64,000 nt of DNA from Laetmonice hystrix (taxonomy: Eukaryota), in the NCBI GenBank assembly GCA_965235115.1, contig OZ249440.1, positions 34,536,001 to 34,600,000 of the forward strand, given 5' to 3'. The translations under genes were made by a program, and so were the position numbers. Below are positions 1 to 10,294 of the stretch, one piece after another. The stretch's first letter is position 1. The number at the start of each line of letters is the position of its first letter. The notes beneath the pieces were generated by a model. It had not been told where the DNA came from. It searched no databases and saw only the letters and a list, made by a program, of their open reading frames with translations.

Positions 1-544
1 ACTGCCGTCGAGTGTTTTCACCCCCGTGTGTAAATAGGCTCCAGGCCTTGCGTTTTGAGGTGCGCGATCGCTCTCGCGCACCATCGCGCACCTAAATTCT
101 CTTTTTGGCGCGTGAATTTTCGCGCTCCATGGCTTAGGAAAACGAGCTACAACTGTACACAAGGGGAGGTGGGCTAATGACGCCATGGCAGTGACAGCAA
201 AATTGGGCAGCAACCGTCAACCGTATGAAACATGCTGAGACGTGTATCAGCTAGATGCTTCACCAGACTGGTCATAGTGTGAAAACTCACTGTCCAAACG
301 CAAGGGTCACCATCACCTCCCATTGTTAATCGGGCTGTTACTTTTCCTGGGCATTGAAAACAATAGGGCACACCTTTATTTTTGGAAGCCATCATATATT
401 CACACGTAAAACAATGGGTGTTGGAGGAACACCATGCAGCTTTTGGTATATAGCAGGCTATAGTTCCCACTGGGAACCTAGAGACCCAGGGATAATATAC
501 TGAACTAACTTCTTGACCATCCTCAGACACATGAGTGTACATCT

Positions 545-960
545 ATAAGCCGCACCCCCAATCTATGATTAGTTTGAGGAGGAAAAAAGTGCAGCTTGGA
601 CACAGAAGATTACGGTTCAAGAAAGGAATTCATACTGCTGGATTCAGTACTTTTATATTGTTTAAATTATCTTATGGTATCAGTTTCTGAAATATAATTC
701 ATCAGTCAATGTATTATAAACATGGAACATTCAATTGATGTAACAAAGTGTCATTTTAGACAGGAGAGCAAATCACTCTCCTGAGCATTTTTAGGAGGAC
801 TGTTAATAGCTCTCCACCATTTTTCAAACTGCAAGGCCTGAGGCTCTTCCGCATTCTTAACGTAAGTTTAATATAACAGCCTGGAGGGGTGACAGCGTAT
901 GATAGCAAAGCGGAAACTATGCACCAAAACTCAACCAAGTGCCATATTTGTATAATATTT
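545..960 (-). pseudogene. Possible degraded pogo/Tc2-like DNA transposon remnant
   Basis: 545-616 (TATAAGCCGCACC...AAAAGTGCAGCTT...TACGGT) resembles Tc2/pogo terminal sequence. Minus-strand peptide AVTPPGCYIKL...LRP resembles the DDE_1 motif VIPGGCTSKLQPLD. Confidence 0.3.
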
Positions 961-1114
961 TTCAGTCTCAATTCCATATTTATAACGACACGTCTGTTTT
1001 AAGTTGCATCCCAGTTTTGAAATTTCACCTTTTTAACTTTCCAGAAAACTACTCAATTAACTAGGACATGGGTTGTCAACTGGTAACTTTCTGTTTGATG
1101 TCAAGTTCCATTAA

Positions 1115-1651
1115 AGGGAAATGTGAGTGTTCAAAGCGCCACCTAGTGAGTCGCGTTGGTACCACTGGGGAAATGTGAGTATTCAAAGTGCCACGTAGTG
1201 AGCTTTAACAGAAAAGTGTTTGGCTTAATTATGCAGTCAACTAGTTTGATGTGGAAATCTGTAGTATTTTTTAAACCATGAACCAAACTGTGTGCCAGAA
1301 CCTGTCTACTCCATTGAATGCTATAGTTAAGACCCGTGTTTTACCAAGGCACTGACTGTAACTTTTTTTTTAATTTGGTGACCCTCAATATTAGTCCTGA
1401 TCCACTTTATCTTGTCACCAAGTTTCAGGAAAAAATTGGTGGTCATTTTTTAAATATTAGTCAAAATGTCTGAAAAATCCTGTTTTTCTCATTGAAACCT
1501 ATAGTAAAGAGGCCTGTATAAAAAAATCCAATTCGGTGACATATGATTTTTTTTGTTTCTTTGTACTCCTAAGGACAAAGGCTATCCCCCATAAAAATAT
1601 TTTGAAAATTCTAGTGGTCAATCAAATTCCGTCGAACACTCACATTTCCCT
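1115..1651. mobile_element. Kolobok-like MITE (537 bp)
   Basis: Perfect 18-bp TIRs AGGGAAATGTGAGTGTTC / GAACACTCACATTTCCCT, with TTAA on both sides (1111-1114, 1652-1655). RR...YY termini plus a TTAA TSD fit Kolobok rather than piggyBac. Confidence 0.75.
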
Positions 1652-2047
1652 TTAAATGCATTACACTACATTTCATAGTACTAAGCTGAGCCCAAGTGGG
1701 AAGGGGCTTTTGTAAAGAATTGCCTGGAGATATTGGATAACTTAGTTTCAGTTAGTAAAGTTCATGTTGTGTATGCACATTAGCCCTAGACACCCCATGA
1801 CACATCATAGGTCGACATGGTGTCCTGGAGGAAAGGCGACTGGAGGTTATCATCACCGTCAAAGGGGCATGCTATGGAACACGTTTTGTTGGATTTCCGG
1901 CAATTGTCCAACATGACCGTGTACTAGGGATCCAAGTAAATAATCCTACCACAGCATTTTGTCCTCTGACGTGTTTTCGCTGCCTATGCAAAGGAAAGGA
2001 CAGCAAAGGACCTCGAGATCGTCAGAGCATGAACTACACTCTGACCG

Positions 2048-4338
2048 TTGACACTTCCTTCCTCTCTAGATGTCATGACCTTCCTGCCGAATCACATAGT
2101 GCTCCTTTGTGAGAAGGCCAAGTCTGCCCCTGCCCCCACTGTCATCGATTTGGTGGAAGAGGCCTGTCCTTATTACAGTCATGACCAAGACCGTGCTAGC
2201 GCGGGCAGTGATGATGAGAGAGAGGACAGTGGTGATGGTGATTGGGATGGCAGTGATGAGGAGGTTAGAGAACTATCTGATATTGTGGATTCGACGGAGG
2301 AGGAGAAAGGGGAAGAGGACAGTGGCGACGAACACGATTTTCCTGATCTATCTGAGAAGTCAGCCCAAATGCCATCGCCTCCTTCAGAAGGTACATCCAG
2401 CATCCCAGATCCGCATGACAGCCCTATGCCACCCAGCCCTCCATGGTCATCATCAGATGTTTCTGAAATTGCTGAAAAAAGTGAGCCACCACCACAAAAT
2501 CCTGCGTCAAACTTGACAGAGGGCCGTTTCCTCGATGCCAAGGTAGTCATCGAACGGCTATTGGCTGCAGACTCCAGTTTGACAACAGTCCCTAACGGGG
2601 TCAAGGAAAATGTATATTACATTGTAGTAAATGACAATAACGTCAATAAACGTGGTAAAGGGGGTCGCAGTGCATTTTGGGATGACTGTGGTGTATGGGA
2701 AAGCAAGAGTGGTGCTACACCCAAGACACATTTCATTCGGACCAACACCGGTGATTACGTATCAGTAATATACCGAGAAGGGCGATATTGTCAGAACGCG
2801 GACGGGTCATATATGAGCCGCTGGAACCACAGCTTCATCCAGATGAAGTGGTAGTGCTGTGCCGAAACTACTCCGTGCTGCGGGCGGACCGCAATTATCA
2901 TAGGCGCATCACATGGATATCACAGGGCCCTACTGCGGCACCATCAGCTGGTACCAGTTATGCTTTGTGGGAATACAAAGGCACATATCCCCGCTGTGCG
3001 CAACAGCAGCAACAAGATAGGCCTGATGGACCAAATGGTGGGCTGAGAAAGTATACAAGAACCGCCACCGAAACTTTGGAAAAGATTGGTCAGATGATTA
3101 AAACCATGAAGCCTATGTCCGTATATAATAATCTGCTGTTGACCGAGAATGACGCTCATGGCCCACGAGACATGAAACAGGTGCGAGACGAGAAGTATGA
3201 TGATCGGAGACGTAATCGCCGCACAATAGGCCTAAATGCACCTCCACAGTACAACTCGAATTTTGCGGATCATGTCATGCAGGCCGCTAATCTTGTGCAG
3301 ATGGATGATTTAGTCCAGGCATTGTTTCAGCGAAAGGGTCATGTCCCGTCTGTGATACTCTACACAGAAGAGTCTATCAAGCTGATGAAGGACATGTGCT
3401 GTGATGGTGACGTGACTACTGTCTTGGGCGTCGACAAGACATTCAACTTGAGCCAAGTGTTTGTCACTGCCACTGTGTTCAAGCACCTGGCCCTGTACCG
3501 CAAGAACACTGACGACCACCCATTGATGTTTGGCCCAATATTCTTGCATGGCACTTCTAACTTCGAGGCCTATCATTTCTTTTTCTCACACATCGCTTCT
3601 CGCCTCCTGGGGAGCAACATGACACATCTGATTATCGGATCAGATGATGAGAAAGCTCTGGTGCAGGCAGTCCGAGAAGCCATGCCGCAGGCTACGACCA
3701 TTGCATGCACTCGCCACCTCAAACGCAACCTGGAGGATTTCCTAGCAAACAAAATTGGGCTACCGCGGGGACTGAGAGCTCGACTAAGCAACCTCGTATT
3801 TGGGTCAGACGGCGTGGTTGCAGCTGATGATTCCATTGTGTATGAGTACAGAGTAGAGCGTCTTCATGTAGCCGTCCAAGACATGGACATTGACGTCAGC
3901 AAACTCACTGCGTATTTAAACATTGACGTCAGCAAACTCACTGCGTATTTAAACAATCGGTTGCTACCTATCATTCTTTAAAGGGTTGTCCGTCCAAACC
4001 AGCAACACAAGGTGGGAACCGAATGGACCAACAACAACTGTGAGTCTATGAATCATGTTCTCAAACAGGCACTGGACTGGAAGCAGCAATCACTGCCCAA
4101 GCTGATTGAATCAGTGAAGACGGTGGTTCTAGCCCAACAGAAAGATGTCTGGCGTGCCTTGGTTGATCTGGGCAATTACGTCGTGGCACGACCATACGAG
4201 CAGTACAAGACTACCATGGCGGAGTGGTCTTCAATGTCAGCGGCTAAACGCCAGGCCCGTGTGAAGAAATTGATGGCTCCTGTCACCAGGTCTGGGACGC
4301 GAAAAGTGACATCGACCGACAAAACGCTGACAGACTAA
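2048..4338 (+). pseudogene. MULE/Mutator-like DDE transposase, disrupted (frameshift ~2790, stop at 3979)
   Basis: Motifs LGVDKTFNL, GPIFLH, IGSDDEKAL, CTRHLKRN and WTNNNCESMNHVLK lie across ORFs 2788-3981 and 4012-4338. There is an in-frame 33-bp tandem duplication at 3887-3952. Confidence 0.8.
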
Positions 4339-4430
4339 CAACAGCTGCTGCTGGCAAGAAACCAGGTCAACGAAAACGGAAAGGGAGTGAACGAACTACG
4401 ACACACCCGAAGAAGATGAAGAAATCTTAA

Positions 4431-5052
4431 GGGGATGGTGTCTGAGTGCACGTTCCTAGTAAAAGAGGGGATGGTGCCTGAGTGTACGTCCCAGTAGGTG
4501 AGGGGATGGTGCCTGAGTGTACGCCCCAGTATGTGAGGGGATGGTGCCTGAGTGTACGTCCCAGTATGTGAGGGGATGGTGCCTGAGTGTACGTCCCGGC
4601 AAGTGAGGGGATGGTGCCTGAGTGTACGTCCCAGTATGTGAGGGGATGGGGCCTGAGTGTACGTCCCAGTATGTGAGGGGATGGTGCCTGAGTGTACGTC
4701 CCAGTATGTGAGGGGATGGTGCCTGAGTGTACGTCCCGGCAAGTGAGGGGATGGTGCCTGAGTGTACGTCCCAGTATGTGAGGGGATGGTGCCTGAGTGT
4801 ACATCCCGGTAAGTGAGGGGATGGTGCCTGAGTGTACGTCCCGGTGAGGGGATGGTTCCTGAGTGTACGTCCCGGCAAGTGAGGGGGTGGTGCCTGAGTG
4901 TACGTCCCGGCAAGTGAGGGGATGGTGCCTGAGTACGTCCCAGTGAGGGGATGGTGCCTGAGTGTACGTCCCGGTGAGGGGATGGTGCCTGAGTGTACGT
5001 CCCGGTAAGGGGATGGTGCCTGAGTGTACGTCCCGGTAAGTGAGGGGATGGT
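4431..5052. repeat. Minisatellite, 35-bp unit (31-bp variants), ~18 copies
   Basis: Unit GTGAGGGGATGGTGCCTGAGTGTACGTCCC(AGTAT/GGCAA) repeated head to tail with no unique spacers. Confidence 0.95.
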
Positions 5053-6070
5053 TTCCAAGGTATGTCTTGCACTATTTGAACGCACAACCCATTCCTAAAC
5101 CCTTGCAAATGTTCTCCAAGGTACAACTAGCACTATGTATTATATTTTGTAAAGGTTAGCAAAACCTTATTTTTGACATCGTTTCAATTTTTGACATCGT
5201 TTCAATGTATCATAAACATGTTACTGCTGTAGATTCTGTGTTTCAGATGTTATCACCTGAGCCATAACACCGCCACAAAGGATTATGACCAGGACGCACC
5301 TCGTATTCCAGCCAGATACATCGCAATTGCCGATTGACCACCTCAACAACTGAAACGTGCAAGACATCGTTCCAGCTTTAACCCCATCACTGGGACTTCA
5401 TTTTCAACTTGGCCGCTTCTGTCAAATCTTGACAAAGCTAAAAAGAACTTTTAACTGCCAACATAGTGATGCATGCGGTGCATAATACAATATTTTGATG
5501 TTCTGGCTGTAATTCAAATGAACATTATGTAATTGCCTTTCCAAATAAGGATGATGTAGATATGTATAACGGTAAATATGTAAATAGCTGTATATATTTC
5601 ATTGAACCAACTCTGTTAATCATGTTGCACACATATATTATAACCAACCAGCTACCAACAAACGTAGCTTCACGACCTTCACAAACAGATCATGTGCATA
5701 TTCAATGTAGGTCTTTTCACTCATGTATAATTTTTCCCCATACATCGTCAGGGGTTTTTTGCTTGGAGTGTTTTTCTTTGACCATCATACATTGAGAGGG
5801 CTTATCATCAAATTAGCTGCATCTGCCTAACCCTAGCCATGGTGCAATTATAACAGGCATTGTATAAAACCTTGTAGTAAGTAAATCTGAATTTATTGAA
5901 ACATACTGCAACTTGTCAAAAAAATACGACAAGAGAATCTTCATCTCAGACTTAAAAGAAATGCAATGTATTGAGCAGGTATGTCGGCTACTTAGCCAGG
6001 ACTTTGTATAATTGTATATTTTAAATATTAAGCCACCTTACCCAGCATGTAAGGTACCCAAATATATTAT

Positions 6071-6431
6071 GAGTGAGTGAGTGAGTGAGTAGTGGTGGTT
6101 TTCCGCCGTGCCGGCATCCGGGGCCATCTTCACGGCGAAAACAGGGTTAAAAGACCATGAAATGAAAGGAACCTATTTTATCCAGGGCCCCAACGGGAAT
6201 ATCATTAAAACACACTCCATCCCGTCAGCCCAACCGGGCTATCGACAAGCCTGAACTATAAAAGAGTCAGAAGTCCAGCTTCTGACAAAAACTCTAAAAT
6301 CACTCCTGGTCTGACATTGTTAAAAAGATCCTTAAGACTTGTCTCACTATAAAACCGTTGTCTGATCAGAGTAAAATCACCGCACTCAAGTAAAAGATGC
6401 TTCAGTGTCAAAGGACACTGACAGCCATAAC
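6071..6431 (-). mobile_element. I/Nimb-like LINE 3' end (long 3'UTR type); continues at 15863-15986
   Basis: (GAGT)n tail, 3'UTR and C-terminal HLLLECGDF...EAGLLTLL match the full-length copy at 28012. Confidence 0.9.
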
Positions 6432-6598
6432 TGACAGCCATAACATAACATAACGGGTGAAAAAGGTCAAGGTCAAAATGGAGTAGGCGGGACTCAAAAA
6501 TCACAGGGAACGTATTTACCTGATTTCATGGATTGATTGGCAAGAAAATCGTGAGTACTAATCCACAACTATACAATAAGTAGTGCTGAGCTCCTGGA

Positions 6599-7951
6599 AT
6601 GCCTGGAAAATCTTCGCGGTCATCTAGAAGTTCTCCCTCGGAGACTTCTTATTCAGACCCACAACCAACTGCGCAGAGCAATGAGCCGGCCATTAGCACA
6701 CCTGTAGCCTGTGCCACGCTTGAGCAAGTCATGCTGAAACTTTATAGTCTTCAACAGGGTATATCCAAAATTGACACTGTTACAAATATGACGTCTAAAT
6801 TAAATCAAACTGTTGAGGAAATAAAACTGTCTCTGGAGAATACCCAGAAGCAGATCGAGGAACGTATCATTGATCAATTAGCATCAGTGGAAATAAGAAC
6901 GAAAGGCCTTGAAAGCGACAACGCAGATCTAAAGCTCAGGTGTGCCCACCTTGAAAACAAGCAACTGAAACTACAGGATCAGTTACTCAGAATGGAAGCC
7001 CAATCTAGGAGAGATAATTTACTCATGGACTGGGTGCCTGAGAGCGCAAATGAGTCTTTTGAGACGTGCAGAGACAAGATCTTGAAGATATTTGAGGAAA
7101 ACATGCATGTACCTGACGTGAGGAACATACGATATGTGAGGTGTCATCGCCTGGGGCCCAGAAGGGAGAACTCTAAAAAACCACGCACTTTAATATTCAA
7201 GTTCCACAACTTCCAAGAACGTGAAAGAGTATGGGAAAATAAAAGCAAACTGAAGAACAGTAAATTCTGGTTATCTGAAGACTTTCCTACAGAGATCAAT
7301 AAACGCCGTAGAGTGCTTTATCCTATCCTGAAGAGAGCCTGGCAGTTGCATCACAAGGCCACTCTCTCAGTGGATAAACTCAAGATTGATGGTCGTACAT
7401 ATACAGTGGACAACCTTAGTTCTCTGCCTCCAGAATTAGATCCTGCACATATTGCCACACCCAAAGTTGGAAATATTACGTGTTTCTATGGCAACTGCAG
7501 TCCACTGTCCAACTTCTACAGCATCCCTGTCAAAGACACTGATGGTAAAAAGTATCACACAAGTGAACAATACTACCAGTATCACAAGGCCATGTGTTTT
7601 GATGACGAAGAGACTGCCTACAAGATACTGCTCGCTGAGACACCTCTAGAGTGCTTCCAGCTTGGTCTCACAATAAAGAATTTCAACAAAGACAGGTGGC
7701 ATAATGGACAAGCCAAACATGTTATGTACCAAGCAGTGAAAGCCAAATTTCAACAAAACACAGAACCTCGTAATTTCCTCATACAGACACTGGATTCCGT
7801 ACTCGCCAAGGCAAACCCCAGAGACCTTGTCTGGGGTGTTGGTCTCTCAGTTCGTAACAAGGACATTGGAAACGAAAACTTTTGGAAAGGTTCGAACTGG
7901 CTTGGAAAGATACTGATGAAAGTACGACGTGAACTTAGTGAAGAACAGTAA
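6599..7951 (+). CDS. LINE ORF1p (coiled coil + RRM + CTD, L1/Transposase_22-like) fused to a C-terminal NADAR (YbiA/DUF1768) domain
   Basis: ORF1 motifs: RRDNLL..VPE, RCHRLG, PRTLIFKF, LSEDFP, DKLKIDGRTY. NADAR motifs from ~7481: PLSNFY, TSEQYYQYHKA, KAKFQQN, ANPRDLVWGVG, GSNWLGKILMKVRREL. Confidence 0.9.
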   Translation: MPGKSSRSSRSSPSETSYSDPQPTAQSNEPAISTPVACATLEQVMLKLYSLQQGISKIDTVTNMTSKLNQTVEEIKLSLENTQKQIEERIIDQLASVEIRTKGLESDNADLKLRCAHLENKQLKLQDQLLRMEAQSRRDNLLMDWVPESANESFETCRDKILKIFEENMHVPDVRNIRYVRCHRLGPRRENSKKPRTLIFKFHNFQERERVWENKSKLKNSKFWLSEDFPTEINKRRRVLYPILKRAWQLHHKATLSVDKLKIDGRTYTVDNLSSLPPELDPAHIATPKVGNITCFYGNCSPLSNFYSIPVKDTDGKKYHTSEQYYQYHKAMCFDDEETAYKILLAETPLECFQLGLTIKNFNKDRWHNGQAKHVMYQAVKAKFQQNTEPRNFLIQTLDSVLAKANPRDLVWGVGLSVRNKDIGNENFWKGSNWLGKILMKVRRELSEEQ

Positions 7952-8016
7952 CCCTCAAATTATTTTGGTCGCCCCTTTTTTGAGCCCCTCGGCAGTTTGT
8001 GTGCTCACATTGTGAC

Positions 8017-8258
8017 TTGGAATGTTGTTGTTTTGTTGTGGTCACGTACATGGTCATGGTACAATGAGGTTATATAACATAACTAACTGTCGGCAGACAG
8101 CAGTTTCGAACATTATTCTTGCTGCAATCAAATCCATGTTGGAATGTTGTTGTTATGCTGTGGTCACGTACAAGGTCATGGTCGAATGAGGTAATGTTAC
8201 ATAACTAACTGCCGCAGTAAACAGTTAGAACACTACCCTTGTTGCAATCTAATCCATG
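8017..8258. repeat. ~121-bp diverged tandem duplication in the inter-ORF spacer
   Basis: TTGGAATGTTGTTGTT...AATCCATG occurs at 8017-8138 and 8139-8258. Confidence 0.85.
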
Positions 8259-10294
8259 AACTCAGGGTATAGTACGGTACCTGTGTATTTCGGACCTTGT
8301 CCTATTATTTGTATTGCTTCACACTAACAAGATGTAAATACACTTAAATATAATAACACATTATTGTTCCATTCTCGATGGCTTACTGTATTGTGTTTAT
8401 ATCACCGGCGCAAAAATTTCACTTTACTACTGCACTAATGAATGTATTATATCATTACACCTTACTCTACACTTTCTCTATCTTTGTGAACTTCAAATTG
8501 TTTATATGTAGTCCTGTGCATATGTCTGATATTTGCTATGATTGTTGTATAGTACGACTAAGAGTTTCCTTGTATCCATACCTTAGTGATGTTCAGTTAA
8601 CTTATGTAATCCCAATCCGAAGAAATGAATTCCACAAAAAAGTCTCTTGAACTTGAAGTTAACGACCTTATGACTAGCAAGGGTTTTAAATTTGTGCATC
8701 TTAATGTTAGAAGTCTTTTACCCAAGATTGACCTTATTAGAAGTGATTTATTGTCAGGCGATATTGATGTGTTAACACTAAGTGAAACGTGGTTACGACC
8801 TGCACTTCCCGACGGTCTACTACATGTACTGAATTATACTTTGCATAGGCTTGATCGTGCGTCTGACAACATTTATATTAAAAATTCTGGTGGGGGTCTC
8901 TGTATGTATATAAGGCAGGGTTTAATATATAATGCCTCCTTATTAGAACATTTAAACTTGTCAAGTCCAGATATTGAACTTCAATTCAATGATACTCGTA
9001 AACTGCTACCGTCCCCCTTCCGGTAATGCTACGTTAGCCTGTGATCAACTGAGATCTAATCTTTCATCATTTGTTGACTTAGAAAAATATGAGGTTGTAA
9101 TTATGGGAGACTTAAATCTTGACTGTACTAACCCAAGAGCTGAGGGCAGTAAAAAAAATCTCCAACTTGTGTAATGACTTAGGACTTAAAAACGTCATTG
9201 ATGTCCCAACCCGCATCACTCCTACTTCTTCCTCTGTTATTGATCTCATTCTAACTAATGTGAAAAACATCTATTCATCAGGTGTTCTTAACTATAATAT
9301 TTCTGACCATAACCCAATATTCCTTATTAAAAAAAGGGTTCATAATCTAAAGCATAATGTACCTGTCTTTGGTCGTTCTTACAGAAACTATAATAGGGAT
9401 TTGTTTATGAATAAGTTGGCAAATTTAGACTGGTCCATTCTCCCTTTGCTAAAGGATCCAAACCAAGTCTGGGAAATGATTTATAAAGCTATATTGTTTG
9501 AAGCAAACTCATTATGTCCCCTTCGCAAGTTTATGATCAACACTCTTAGGCCAGACTGGTATACTTTTGAACTTGTTGAACAGGCGAGAGACCGAGACCG
9601 ATTGGCCCGCCTTGCTAAGAGGCGGAAAACTCAAGAAGCCTGGGATCAATTTCTGGTAGCCAAAAACAAATTTAATTCTGACGTTAAAACGGCCAAAAAT
9701 GAATATAGCATAGACAACCTCCAAAAAAATTATAATAATCAAAAGAAATTCTGGAGAAATATCAAACAAATTCTTCCTGTTAAGCAAGTGAACAATATGG
9801 ATAAGATTGTTGATCCAATAACTAATGAATTGCTTGAGGGAATGGACGCGCTCAATGTTATTAATGATTTCTTTAATACAATGGGACCTAAAATAGCTGA
9901 CAGTCTGCCGTCTATTCCTAAGCCATACATTCCAAAAAGACATGACTGTATTATTGAAAACTGTGAACCCATATCTGAATCTAAAGTGCTAGATCTTATA
10001 AATAGCATTTCTACTTATAAATCCTCTGGATTAATTGACCTTTCGTCTCGACTTTTGAAGGATGCTCTCTTAGCTCTTCCTCATCAAATTACCTTCCTTT
10101 TTAATCTCTCCCTCACAACTGGTATAGTACCCGATGCATGGAAAGTAGGGCAAATTACACCAATACCTAAAAAAGGTGATACTACTATTGTTAATAACTT
10201 AAGACCTATCACACAGACACCCGTTATTGGCAAACTTCTTGAACGGTATATCACCGATCATATTACGCATTACCTAGAAACCAATAATATACTT

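Noticed and set aside
174..542. 122-aa Cys-rich ORF
   Set aside because: No recognisable motif or gene structure.
4431..5052. CRISPR-like array (35-bp repeats)
   Set aside because: Units are contiguous with no unique spacers, there are no cas genes, and the context is eukaryotic. It is a minisatellite, and ORFs 4335-5126 etc. are artefacts of it.
7481..7951. Bacterial contamination or a ybiA operon
   Set aside because: The domain is fused in frame to a LINE ORF1 inside a poly(A)-tailed element, and no bacterial genes are nearby.
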